A stretch of DNA of 64,000 bases, taken from positions 29,264,001-29,328,000 of the forward strand of contig NC_083420.1 of NCBI RefSeq assembly GCF_020745735.1, read 5' to 3'. Shown one piece after another: positions 1-12,484 of the stretch. Under the pieces are notes generated by a model. That model had not been told where the DNA came from. It was given only the letters and a program-made list of their open reading frames with translations, and did not search any database. Made by a program: the position numbers and the translations under genes. Origin of the DNA: Hemiscyllium ocellatum (lineage: Eukaryota). Position 1 is the stretch's first letter. Each line of letters starts with the position of its first letter.

Positions 1-229
1 AAACGAACAATCAGACATATTGGCAATGTGCTTACATATCTAAGCAATAAGTTTTAACTGATTCATACTTTTTACACCTCACTTATGGGTTGATTGACAC
101 TTATTGTTAGCTTTGAAATCAGCTTTTGCTTAATATATCAAATATTATCACCTTTCATGATGCAATGTGAATATTTACATAATTTATAATACATAATTTA
201 TAATATATATTTGTGATAGATATAGGACA

Positions 230-450
230 GATGTCAGGGGTAGTTCCTTTACTTAGAAAGTAGTAGGGGCATGAAATGACCCAACTGCAACAATAATAGA
301 TTTGCCAACTTTAAGGACATTTAAATGGTCATTGGATAGACATTTGGATAAAAATGGAATAGTGGAGATAAGATGGGGCTCAGATTGGTTTCACAGATCA
401 TCGCAACATCGAGGGCCAAAGGGCTTGTACTGTGCTATAATATTCCATGT
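230..450 (+). mobile_element. CR1-type LINE 3' fragment (degraded)
   Basis: Translates TFKWSLDRHLD...GIVEIR, like a CR1 ORF2 C-terminus, followed by a CR1-like 3' UTR (GGGCCAAAGGGCTTGTACTGTGCTATA). Confidence 0.6.
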
Positions 451-1134
451 CACTTGTATACAAGTTTTGAGTCTAAATCAGATTGTGGGCTTTTCCAGCC
501 TCTGCAGAAAGTTAAACTATATCTTGCCATCTGTGAGGAAAAATGAAGACATAATACTTTTTGAGGATTTTAAAGCCTTTAACTGAGTCAATAATATGCT
601 CATTCTACCAAAATGGCTCAAGTGTGACATTAAACTTACAATAATTTCAATATAAACTTAGACTTTGAACCAGATACAGAATTTTTTTAAAAAGGAGCTT
701 TATGAATTATGGACACAATCACGTCAGAAGTGGAAGTTTTATTGATGTCACAGATGCTCAGGAGGAGACTATCTTCTCTGTGTTAATAAATAATATGGGA
801 TCTGTTACCATACTGGAAATACACTATGAAGCAGCAAATGGAGGAAAAGAAATTGAGAATAAGATTTATTGACAGTTTTGGGATTTGCAGTAGTGTGAGT
901 GTTGTAAGAATGGGAAACTCTAAAGTAGGCTCCTGTGGAAGATGGTGATCAGAGTGTACATAATGCTCTGACTGAGCATGGTTTAGTAGACTCTTTCTAA
1001 TTTGATATTTTGTAGGAAGGGTCCTCTAAAGCTCATCAAGAACTCTCTGCTTATATACACCCATTCCTGATAAAGACATTTAAGGGTCATACACTCATGT
1101 AGAACTCTGAACTCAAAAACTGCATGTATTTACG

Positions 1135-1523
1135 TAAAACTCTGTTATCTAATTTTTTAGATTAGAATCAATCTAAACATCAGGTCATAGACAGAGAACA
1201 CAGGGGGCTAACACCTTCAACATATTGTCTAGCTATCACCATTGTTAACAGGTAACTTGAGAATGCAACTTTAAAAAAAATGTTTTGTGATTTACACATG
1301 AAAGAAGTGAAACTATCACTGTATTCTAACAGATGAAAGGCTTAACAGAATCAATTTTTCAATGTATAATTTCAGTTACATCACTCTGCAAATTTTTGCT
1401 TTAAATTCTGTGTTAGGATTGAGCTCTCCACTATCACCTGGTGAAGGAGCATCGCTCCGAAAGCTAGTGTGCTTCCAATTAAACCTGTTGGACTATAACC
1501 TGGTGTTGTGTGATTTTTAACTT
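1135..1523 (+). mobile_element. Penelope-like element-derived 3' fragment (shark repeat)
   Basis: Ends in a hammerhead-like motif followed by CTTCCAATTAAACCTGTTGGACTATAACCTGGTGTTGTGTGATTTTTAACTT. I recall this as an abundant shark repeat end. The 5' boundary is approximate. Confidence 0.55.
1435..1469 (+). ncRNA. Minimal hammerhead ribozyme motif, core mutated (CUGGUGA)
   Basis: CAC-CTGGTGA-A-GGAGC-ATC-GCTCC-GAAA-GCTA-GTG. Stem I is CAC/GTG, stem II is GGAGC/GCTCC, and a palindromic AGCT occupies the stem III position. Confidence 0.65.
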
Positions 1524-1864
1524 TAAGGGTTATGCAACATTATGAAAGATATCAAAAGGATTGATAAAGCTTGGTTCTGTTGCTGGTAAATCAGTTACTT
1601 GGGCTCAAACTGGAGATTACTAATTGAAGAACAATCTAGAAGGTTTTGAAAAATATTTCACACATTATTATAACAAATGCATGAGATAGTGTAATTAATA
1701 TAAATGTTATAAGAATTGGAGAAGTATTTAAAAAGGAAGAATATAAAAATATGTTAGGAATGGACAGGAAAATGGATTTAAAACAAATAGCTCCAGCTGA
1801 AGAGCTCTCACAGCATCAAGACAAAATAGTTTCGGTACATTAACCTTTTATCGTCATCTGTGAC

Positions 1865-4612
1865 ATAGAGTCATAGAGATGTACAACATGGAAACAGACC
1901 CTTTGGTCCAAAGCGTCCATGCCAACCAGATATCCTAAATTAATCTAATCCCATTTGCCAGCATTTGGCCCATATCCCTCTAAACTCTTGCTATTCAAAT
2001 AACCATCCAGATGCCCTTTAAATGTTGTAATTGTACCAGCCTCCACCACTTCCTCTGGCAGGTCATTCCACATACACACCTCCCTCTGCATGAAAATATT
2101 GCCCCTTAGGTCCCTTTTAAATCTTTCCCCTCGCACTTTAAACCTATGTCCTCTAGTTCTAGACTCTCCCACCTTGGGGAAAAGACCTTATCTATTTACC
2201 CTATCCATACCCCTTATGATTTTATAAGCTTCTATAAGGTCCCCCTGAGTCTCTGACGCTCCAACGAAAATTAGCCCCAGCCTATTCAGTCTCTCCCTAT
2301 TGCTCAAACCCTCCAGTCCTTGCAACACCCTTGTAAATGTTTTCTCTTCCCTTCCAAGTTTCACAACATCCTTCCAATAAGAGGAAGATCAGAATTGCAC
2401 ACAATGTTCCAAAAATGGCCTTAACTAATGTCCTGTACATCTTCAACATGACCTCCCAACTCCTATACTCAATGCACTGCCCTATAAAAGCAAGCATACA
2501 AAACACTTTGTTCACTATCATATCTAACCTGTGACTCCACTTCCAAGGAACTATGAACTTGTGCTCCAAGGTCTCTTTGTTCAGTAACACTCCCCAGGAC
2601 CTTACCAGTAAATGTATAAGTCCTGCCCTGATTTGCAACATGCAACATCTCACATTTATCTAAATTAAACTCCATCTGCCACTCCTCAGCCTATTGGTCC
2701 ATCTGATCAAGAACCCATAGTACTCTGAAGCAACGTTCTTAGCTGTGTACTACACCTCCAATTTTGGTGTCATCTGCAAACTTACTCATCATACCTCCTA
2801 TCTTCACATCCAAATCATTTATATAAATGACAAAAAATAATTGACCCAGCACCAATCCTACTGGTCACAGGCCTCCAGTCCAAAAAGCAATCCTCCACCA
2901 CTACCCTCTGTCTTCTACATTTAAGCCAGTTCTGTCACAAATGGCTAGGTCTCCCTCTAATCAAAGTGATTAAAACTTGCTAACCAGGAATTCTACCAGT
3001 AACCTTGTTGGATACCTTACTGAAGTCTATACAGATCATGTCCACTGCTCTGCCCACATCCTTCCTCTTTGACTGCTTCAAGAAACTCAATCAACTTAGT
3101 GAGAAAAATTTCCCATGCACAACGCTGTGTTGACTATCCCTAATCAGTCCTTGCCTTTCCAAGTACATGTAAGTTCTGTCCCTCAGGATTCCCTCCAACA
3201 ACTTACCAATACCAATGTCAGGCTCACTGATATATAGATCTCTGACTTTTCCTTACCATCTTTCTTAAGTAGTGGAACCACATTAGCCAACTAGCATCTC
3301 ACCTGTGGCTATCAACGATACAAATATCTCAGCAAGGGGCCCAAGCAATCACTTCCCTAGCTTCCCATAGAAGGTTACACCTGATTAGGTCCTGGGAATT
3401 TATCCATTTTTACGCAGTTTAAGATGTCCAGAATCTCCTCTTCTGTAATATGGACATTTTTCAAGATATCTTTATTTATTTTCCCCTATTCTCTATATTC
3501 CATATCCTCCTCCACTGTACATACAGATGTAAAATACTTGTTTAGTATCTTCCCCATCTCCTGTGGTTCCACACATAGGTAGTCTTGCTGATCTTTGGGG
3601 AGTCCTATTTCTCCCAAGTTACCCCTTTGTTGTTAATGTATTTGCCAAATTGCTTTGGATTCTCCTTAACCCTATTTGCCAAAGCTATCTCATGTCCCCT
3701 TTTTGCCCTCCTGATTTCCCTCTTAAGTATATTCGTACTGCCTGTACACTCCTCTAGGGATTCACTTAACCTCTGCTGTCTATACCTGACGATATGCTTC
3801 CTTCTTATTCTTTACCAGAACCCCAATTTTTCGAGTCATTCAGCATTCCCTATCAGCCTTGCTCTTCACCTTAACAGGAACATGCATCCACCCCAATCAA
3901 CTTTTGAAAAGTCTTGCCTAATACTGACAAAATTGGCCTTCCTCCAATTTAGAACTTTAATTTTTCAATCCAAACTATTCTTTTCCATCACTTTTTTGAA
4001 ACTAATAGAATTATGGTCACTGGCCCCAAAATGCTCTCCCACTGACACCACAGTCACCTGTCCTGCCTTATTTCTCAAGAGTAGGCCAAGTATTGCACCT
4101 TCTCTAGTAGGTACATCCATATATTGAATCAGAAAAAAATCTTGTACACACTTAACAAATTCCTCTTCATCCAAGACGATAACACTATGGCAGTCCCAAT
4201 CTACGTTTGTAAAGTTCAAATTCAGCACGTCCTCCTCTGTAATATGGAAATTTTTCAAGATTTCTCTATCTATTCCCCCATACCATCACCACCCTATTAT
4301 TCTTACAGATAACTGAAATCTCCTTACAAATTTGTTTCTCAATTTGGGACTGACTTTTTGTGGGGGAGCTCTATATCACAATCCCAATAAGGAGGTCATT
4401 CTTTTCTTATTTCTCAGTTCCACTCAAATAACGTTCCTGGATGTATTCCCAGGAATATCTTCTATAAGTACAGACATAATGCTATCTCTAATCAAAAACA
4501 ACACTCCCCATACTCTCTTGCCCCCCTTTCTACTATTGGAATACTATTGGAAAGTGTATCTATACCCTGGAACATTAAGCTGCCAGTCCTGTCCATCTCT
4601 GAGCCATGTCTC
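1865..4612 (-). mobile_element. CR1-type LINE (HER1-like), 5'-truncated, degraded ORF2
   Basis: Minus-strand fragments of the APE endonuclease (NFTNVDWDCHSV, PTREGAILGLLL, SDHNSISF), RT (QMEFNLDKC, RDLG) and C-terminus (RTRGHRFKVRG), plus a (CTATGACT)n-type tail near 1865. Confidence 0.9.
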
Positions 4613-6934
4613 TAACAGTTTCTCCTTTAATGATTGTCTCATAAATCAATTCAATACATGCACAAAATATCAAGCATATATGATCTTATTTCCATTAAAA
4701 TACAGAGATTTTTAATTGTCAGGAAGATCTGTATTAGTACATATCATCATGCCAATACAGATACAACTGATCATTTTCTCTATTGTATTGATGCTTAGAA
4801 ATAAAGATCCATGTGAATCTAAGTCGTCTATAAGCTTTTATCATTCTATATAAAATTAAGTTTTAATAATGAAGTCTGTTAGGGTGAAGGACAAGGCTGG
4901 TAGGGAATGCTGAATGCAAAAAGGTGCTCTTTTCATTTCTTTTTGATAATACTGCATTTTTTCTTTGTAAAATGCACTTACTAAGTATGATATTTTGGTT
5001 TAATTGTCTATTTCAGTGCCCATCTATTTGCCCTATTATAAAAAGTTGATTTTACGTTTGGACAACACTTCACCAACAGAAATCTTAAACCAACTTAAGT
5101 TACAATCATATGGTAGCTAACAGTATATTATGCAGTACAATATATGGTCAGTAAATTCAACTTCTAGCACAATTTTCACATATTTTCTAGACTTCATGAA
5201 GCAAAGTAATTATGCATGTATATAGGTTTTCCAGGTGGCTACAGCTCTGCTTATCAGTTGGTAATGTCCAACAATAACAACTTATGAGTGGGAGTATTCA
5301 ACCTCCTGAAACTGAAAGACTTTTAACAGATTCTTAACAGTTCCCAGGTGATAATAAAGATTATCTATGCAGCTTTTCATAAAGCTGAAGCTAAACAAAT
5401 TGAGTATACGTTTGAGGTTTCCTCCTGACAGGCTTTAACACTAAGATATACTTCTCTTAAGGTACCACTGTGCAGAGGACACTTCTTTGCACTTTTGTTA
5501 AAATATCAAGTAAACTGCATTCTGGGAAATTTAAAAACAGAAGATATATTATTATTATTTAATAAAATGTTTCTGAGTATTTTGCAACTTCAGAGGAGCT
5601 ACATATACAACTTGATGTGTCCACAGTACTCAAGGATCACCTCTAGATATGTGAAGCATGAAGATTACGTTAATCAAGTTGTGCAACAGGAAAGTGTACA
5701 GGAAAGAGAAAACGTTTGCAGGGTTATAGAGAATAGGTGGGAATGGATGGGGGAGTTACTCTTTCACAGAACTGGTGCATACAGTACAGGCTGAATGGCC
5801 CCATTCATCACAGTAACCATTCTATGACTTTAGGGACAGAAGTTCTCACTATGCCTTGTTGTGATTTGTGCTTTCTGAGACATCCTGTTCATATACCATT
5901 CCAAATCTATCTTTTAGTGATGACTTTCAACAATTCTATGACCAACAAATCTAGCAAGCAGAGGCTTGTATGGCTATATAATATATAAACTAAAAGCAGT
6001 AGCCATGTTAACAACAGTTAAGAATAGTTAAACGAAGGATTATTTTGATAGGGGTTGAAAGAAAGGGAACTAAAGAGATATAGATGAGTGCCAGTCTTGT
6101 GGAGGATTAACATCAATGTGCATTGGTCTAGTCAACTGACCTGCTTCTGTGTTATCATTTCTATATAATTCATTTTATTTTCAAGCTACCAGCAGTTTTT
6201 GTTGGATGATCCCTCTGATATGCAATCTAAAATTTTGGCATTCTTTTGAGAAACAAAAATGCATCCATTTTCCACTGTCACATTTTATTTTCCATTGTCC
6301 CTAATCCTCAAATCCTGTGTAAGAAGAATTTCCGTGAATTCAGACTGGACAAAGCTTGTTATGAGTTAACATCTTTCTCTTCTCTGGAAACTAATATCTC
6401 GGTTTGGGCTTCCTCATAGTACAGGCCTTTAAAATTTCTGAATGTGCTTTGGAGCCCTTGTCTGGACTACCCGCAATGCAGTATTTTATTTGGATTTCCC
6501 CTGTAAAACAGAAACCAAACTCGAACATGACGCTTCCATGTGTGGCATCATCAAGACTGGCATCCCACAAGTCACAGGTTTGGGTTTCAAAATTTAATTC
6601 ACTTTTTCCTCTACCTACGCAAGTTCAATCTACAGTTTTAATCACATATTCATCACAATTTCTAGTGAATCTCCTATTCATTTAATAAACAAACCAATTA
6701 TCTTGATTTCATACTGAATTTTGTTGTTTTCCTTCTACTGACCATTGATCATAAATTGTTTTAATGGCTTTCATATACCTCTGCTTTTAGAGTCATAGAG
6801 TCATAGTCATATTTTTATAGAAAGTGAATTTAGACATGCCATAGAACTAATTTAGCAGCTACATGTTCTGGACCTCAGACCTTCAGTCATTCTGAAGGGT
6901 CCGATTTCTTAAAAGGGCTGTTATTCTGAGGTCA

Positions 6935-7015
6935 GAGTTGAGCTATTCTTGGGGTTGGAGTTGAGCTATTCCTAGGGTTGGAGTTGAGCTATTCCTGGGG
7001 TTAGAGTTGAGCTAT
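6935..7015. repeat. 23-bp minisatellite, about 3.5 copies (GAGTTGAGCTATTCCTGGGGTTG)
   Basis: Units start at 6935, 6958, 6981 and 7004. They are head-to-tail with no spacers. Confidence 0.85.
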
Positions 7016-7504
7016 GTTGTTGGATTGGAGGACGGTACTGAAGTGTCAGCACTTTAAGTATCTGTTTTAATGAAACTTGTACACATTCCAATGCTGCACA
7101 AGCAAGGTATCTGGTAATACTCACACCATGGTGCTGCTATGTTTACTTGCAAAATGAACTTGCTTTTGTATGTTTCTTTAAAAAGATTGCATCCCTCATC
7201 TGTATATCACATTTCCCCTTTGCAGCATTTTAAATTCTAACTTAAATTTGTCCCATTGCGTTGCATTTGTAGCTGGGGCAGAATTAGCCCTGTTATCTTT
7301 GAAGGCTCTGGTTTTATGAGCTGGTATAGACACTAAATTAATCCTCTGGCATCTCCACATATCTTTCTTTCTAATGCCTAGGAATGACAGGGAAGCTAAG
7401 GTTTTAATTGTATTTTCGCCGAAACGAGCTTTTGCTTTTATACATTTCGACCAGCCTGCCCACCGTGCTGGTCCTGACAGATTGCTATTGGAACTGAGAC
7501 ATAC

Positions 7505-8087
7505 TTGAGCCTTCCCTTTGGGTATGTTGCTGCTTGTGCGCTTTCACAGGTTTCGCCCTGTGCACTCGCGGCTCTGTCGCTGCTGCCGCCTGCACTGGCC
7601 TGGGCTTTGCCGAGAGAGCGTCGTTCTGCAAGGCGCTTTTCACCCGCTCCTCAAACCTGGCTATGATCATAGCGTGGCGTTTCACCTCATCCCGGAGGCT
7701 CTCGGTTTCCTCCTGCAGCTTACTCCTGCCTGCAGCCAGGGAGCTGATTCGCTCCCTGTGACCCTGGACGGCTGTGGTCAGGTTGGACATCATCTCGCTC
7801 TGCTCCTTCTTCGCTTTTGACAATTGCTTGCTTCGCTCGTTGAGGACCTGCTCCAAGGTCGACATCTTCAGGTCAATTTTCTTGGTTTTCTTCTGCAGTT
7901 TCTTCATCCACGATTTTAAGGTGGCGATGTCATTTTCGGCGGCAGTGTGGAATCTGCTCATTGTAGCGCTGATGTTATTGGACTGTTCTGTTAACGACTG
8001 GAGTCGAAGGTCGACGCTCGAAGAAATATTGAAGTTGGCAGAAATGATTTGTAATCGTGTCAAGCTGAGTTCTTGAAATCGTCGAAA
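7505..8087 (-). CDS. PTX4: Pentraxin-4, coding exon 2 (N-terminal coiled-coil region)
   Basis: Acceptor CAG at 8090-8088, then FRRFQELSLTRLQIISANFNISSSVDLRLQSL...LKSWMKKLQKKTKKIDLKM. This matches PTX4 [32 protein letters not shown]...LKAWVRKLQRRGRKVD. Probable phase-1 donor TCAA|GTATGT at 7505/7504, so the 3' boundary is less certain. Confidence 0.88.
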
Positions 8088-8199
8088 CTGTGTTAATAAA
8101 ATTGAAGAGACGGCACGCTTAAAATAATATTTCACCACATTAGATTAGAGAAAAAAAAGTCTTTAAACAAAATTATGTTGAAACTCCCGAGATGGTACA

Positions 8200-8590
8200 A
8201 TCATAAGAAAGTAGATACAAACAAGGAGAGAAGTAGGCCATTCGGCCCCTTTAGCACCGCCATTCAATGTTTGATGCAATGATAACCTCAAGTCCGCATT
8301 CCCGCCTACCTCATAACCTTTCACTCCCATTGTTAACAAGAATATCTGCCTTAAAATCATGAGAAGTTCTGCTTCCATCACCCTTTCAGGAAAAGAATTC
8401 CAAAAATGTATCACCCTCTAAGAAAAATATTCGTGCTTCATCTCAATTTTGAATGGATGACCCTTGATTTTTAAACAGAGACCCCCCCTAATTCTGAATT
8501 CTCCCACAAGAGGAAACATTCTCACATGTATCCTTTTGAGAGCCTTCGGTCTCTTACATGTTTCAATTAAGTAGCCTCTTGCTTTCCTAG
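8200..8590 (-). mobile_element. CR1-type LINE 3' fragment in PTX4 intron 1
   Basis: Translates FWNSFPERVMEAE, a CR1 ORF2 C-terminus, followed by the typical GGGGCCGAATGGCCTACTTCTC tail. Confidence 0.7.
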
Positions 8591-8790
8591 ATTCCATTTT
8601 TTATTTCTCCCCAGTCATTGACAGAGGGAGAATGGCTTTGATTGACCAATATGCTACCTACCAGAGGGAATTAAAAGGTGTGAGTGATGAGCGTGGTCTG
8701 AGTGCTCCGACCCCCAGAGCAGCCGTGTCCAGCAGGACTTGCTCAGGAAGCGAACAGAGGTCCGCAGCCAGATGTGTTTGTCCGACTCAC

Positions 8791-8928
8791 CTGCTCCTCC
8801 AGCCGTCTCAGCCGTTCAAAAAACGGTTTCCTCTGCTTCACACTTTCAGCCTGTTGTGAGCAACTGACATGCAAGTTGCAACAAACCCAAGTGATGAAAA
8901 ACCAAGTAAACATTTTGCTGAACCCCAT
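8791..8928 (-). CDS. PTX4: Pentraxin-4, coding exon 1 (signal peptide plus RKPFFERLRRLEEQ)
   Basis: ATG at 8928. The 46 codons end in the PTX4 signature RKPFFERLRRLEEQ, followed by the donor CAG|GTGAGT (phase 0), in frame with exon 2. Confidence 0.93.
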
Positions 8929-9047
8929 CCCGAACAGAATGATTCTGGATCCTCTCTGTGTTCCTTTCAGTAGGGGTTGGTGGTAGAACCTGAATATGAA
9001 CCGTGGTGCTCTGTGTGTGTGTGTACGTGTATATGAGGAGGAGTTGC

Positions 9048-9053
9048 TTTATA
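9048..9053 (-). promoter_or_regulatory. Putative TATA box of PTX4
   Basis: TATAAA on the minus strand, about 120 bp upstream of the ATG. Confidence 0.5.
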
Positions 9054-9871
9054 TTTGGTAGCTGCATGTTTTACATGATTGATGTTTCATCTCCCTCCGG
9101 CTTCTGTTACAGGGGAAAGAGAAATAAATTCATCCATTAAACATATGAGATTTGCAGAGTATAATTTCCAAATGCGTTGAAATAGTTACCAACCGTTTAC
9201 ATTGTAATTCAGCAATGAGCAGTGAGATCCGGTTTCCCTGAAGTAATGCACTCCAACTTGATCTGTAGCGACTGAATAGTTTTCCAGGTGGGCCACGCAA
9301 TGTCTGGAGATTGTATGGTAAAAAAAGAATATTGGAAGTACACATATATGAACATCTGTAAAGGTTTTTCGGCGTGTGTATTCTTCAGCATTCTGAGCCA
9401 CCATTGCCAATATTTGGAGGGTTTTTTTTTGCTTTCTATCCTCTGTGGAGTTCCTTGAAGCACAGTGCATTGAATTGTTTAGGCTAACTGGATACATTCT
9501 GTTAACCATCAACTATTAACAGAAGAAAGGAGATACTGTTGAAGCAATATTTTCAGATCATCTCCAGAATGTAGACTTATTAGAACCCCTTAACATCCGC
9601 CAATCAACGGGTGGAAAACCATGATACGGTTCAAAATTTATTTTTCAGTTGGTTCCTGCATTTGACCTCCTGTGGAATTCAGTTTCATTGCAGATGTAGC
9701 CAAGTCTGGAAAAAAAATCAAAGAACTGCTGTACTAGACATTTGTATAAGGCAGGCCTATGAAAATAAGAGAGCAATTGTCATCTGTACCTATTAAAATA
9801 CCCAGCATTGCTCTGCAGGGCTTTGCTATTATACTTCCACTGATCTATCATTCAGCCAAGAATAACAACTA

Positions 9872-11968
9872 CAGTAGCGTCTCGTCATACGAACGACCTC
9901 GTTCACAAACAAATCGGTTTACGAACAGGATTGTAGGTAAAATTTTGCTTCAACGCACGTACGAAATTCAAGGTACGAACAAAGGTACGAATGCAAAAAG
10001 CCCATGGTTTCATTGTCATTGTTCTGCTTATCTATGCGCGCTTTGAACGCAAAAGCTCTTGGGCCCCCCGTGGTCTCATTCAGTTCGTCTTTGGCGCGCC
10101 GCTGTGAACATCCAACGTCCAAGCATTCGTTCGCTTTATTTTGTTTTTTGCATAAATTAGCCCTCATTATGGCTCCCAAGAAAGTGAAAAGTGGCAGTGA
10201 TAGTGGTGTTAAGAAGTCTAAACATATTACTGTAGAAACGAAGAAGGAAATAAGAGCTAAACACGAGAATGGTGCTCGTGTATCTGATCTCGCTATGCAG
10301 TACGACATGGCGAAATCAACTATCTGTACTATCCTAAAGAACAAAGAGACACTAAAGGCAGCTGATGTGGCTAAAGGAGTGACTATTTTAATGAAGCAAA
10401 GGCCTAAATTGTTAGATGAGTTTGAAAAATTATTATTAGTTTGGATAAATCAAAAAGAGCTTGCTGGAGATAGTGTTAACGAGACTATAATCCGCGAGAA
10501 GGCTTTACCCATACACCGTGATTTGTTGGCGACACCGCCGAGTACAAGTACTGCTAGCACTGAAGAATTTAAAGCCAGCAGAGGCTGGTTGGATAAATTT
10601 CGTCGACGAACTGGAGTCCATAGTGTAATAAGGCATGGAGAAGCTGCTAGTTCGGGCAAAAAGGCAGCGGAGGACTTTGTGAAGGAATTCAATAAGTTTA
10701 TCGAAGATGAAGGTTATGTCTCACATCAAGCTTTTAACTGTGATGAAACTGGACTTTTCTGGAAAAAAAACGCCCAAAAAGGACCTACATAACCCAAGAG
10801 GAGAAGGCACTACCGGGCCACAAACCAATGAAGGACAACTTAAAGCTTTTATTGTGCGCAAATGCAAGTGGGATTGTAAGATTAAGCCTCTATTAGTCTA
10901 CTACTCTGAAAATCCTCGTTTTTAAATGCAATAATGTGTTGAAGGCTAATGTGGAGGGTGAATAGCAAGGCTTGGGTCATGCGAATGATTTTTATGGAAT
11001 GGTTGACGGAAGTTTTTGCACCAGCTGTCAAGGAATATCTTGAAACAAATAATTTGCCACTTAAGTGTCTTCTAGTAATGGACAATGCTCTTGCCCATCC
11101 TCCAAATTTGGAAGACGACTTGGACATTGACTACGACTTCATAAAAGTAAAGTTCCTTCCTCCCAACACCACTCCTCTCATCCAACCCGTGGACCAGAAT
11201 GTCATTGCAAATTTCAAAAAATTATATATGAAGGCTCTGTTTGCCAGGTGTTTCCAGGTCACCAACGACACAGATTTGACCTTTGGTCAGTACTGGAAGG
11301 ACCACTTCAATATCCTCCACTGCATAAGCCTTATTGGTAAGGCATGGAACGAGGTCTCTTTCCGTACGTTGCAGTCGGCCTGGAGGAAACTTTGGCCAGA
11401 TTGTGTACCTGAGAGAGACTTTGAGGGTTTTGAGGAGGAGACATCAGTAAATGTAATGAACGAGATTGTGACCCTGGGCCAAAATATGGGCTTGGAGGTC
11501 GATGAGGATGATGTGGCGGAGCTGGTGGAGGACCACAGACAAGAAGTCAGCACAGAAGACCTTGTTGAATTGCAACGGGAGCAGGTGAAGGTTATGCAGC
11601 AGGAGCATTCTGGAGAGGAGGAAGAAGAGAGGGAAGATGTATCAAGTGTTCAAATCAAAGACATTTGTAGCAAATGGAGTGAAGTGCAGGCTTTTGTTGA
11701 GAGGCATCACCCTAACAAAACTGTGAGCAACAGAGCAGTGAACATTTTAAATGACAATGTGATGTCCCATTTTTGGAAAATTCTGCAACAAAGAAAAAAC
11801 AAGTTTGTCTGGATCGTTTTCTTGTGGCATCACCAATCTCCAAGAGACAAAAAAGAGAAAAGACTCCGGAAATATCCGAACAATGTGAAAATTGATTCAG
11901 TTCGCAAACTTTTCGGTTCACGAACTGGGTCCCAGAACGGATTACATTTGTAAGTCGAGGGGCTACTG
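9872..11968 (+). mobile_element. Tigger/pogo DNA transposon, near full length, frameshifted transposase (DD36D)
   Basis: Imperfect TIRs CAGTAGCGTCTCGTCATACGAA / CAGTAGCCCCTCGACTTACAAA (17/22). The left flank is TA and the right flank is AA. The ORF from ATG 10169 has CENP-B-type HTH domains (KSTICTILK, FKASRGWLDKF) and catalytic motifs CDETG, MDNA and QPVDQ. Frameshifts lie at about 10770-10930. Confidence 0.93.
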
Positions 11969-12484
11969 AAATGGCTTTACCAGTATCCTAGTGAAAAGAA
12001 TAAGGGACTGTAGTTAGAACTAAAAGTCTGTAAGGGGGCAGGATAGGGCTGGAGAGAGATTTGTGAAAGTAATTAAACTTAAAAGAAATAGATTGAAGTA
12101 ACAGCCAGACCAGGTTGAAGAATAAGCAAGTATAATTGGTCAGGAACAGATAATTTTTTAAAGTATCAACATAAGATGAGTGTTAGAAATAAATTGAGGG
12201 GAACAATAAAATCAAATTAAATCAACTACAGCATCTGGTTAAATTGAACGCTCTGAAAGTTCACAAATCCCAGAGACCAGATGATCTACATCAGAATGAC
12301 AATCATGGTTGCACCGTGATTATTGTTCAAAATTTTATGAGTAGCTGCAGATTGGAATGTTGCAAATATAACCTGTTTAAGAAAGGTGAGAGAGAGAAAC
12401 TAGGGAACTACAGATATGTTAGCTCGATATCATTGAACATAGAATATTATAGCGCAGCACAGGCCCTTCTGCCCGCAATGTTAA

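Noticed and set aside
302-586. 94-aa ORF as a host gene
   Set aside because: Its N-terminal part is a CR1 ORF2 end running into UTR and flank. There is no splice or homology support.
6935-7015. CRISPR-like repeat array
   Set aside because: The units abut with no unique spacers, the context is eukaryotic, and there are no cas genes.
7196-7498. About 100 open codons in a shifted frame after PTX4 exon 2
   Set aside because: No resemblance to PTX4 or any family I recognise. A phase-compatible donor at 7505 explains the exon end.
8088-8138. ORF-track start of the 217-aa ORF
   Set aside because: It is a GTG start inside intron sequence. The real exon begins after the CAG acceptor at 8087.
10004-11953. 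Domesticated TIGD/CENP-B-like host gene
   Set aside because: TIRs are retained and several frameshifts split the DDE domain, so this is a transposon copy.
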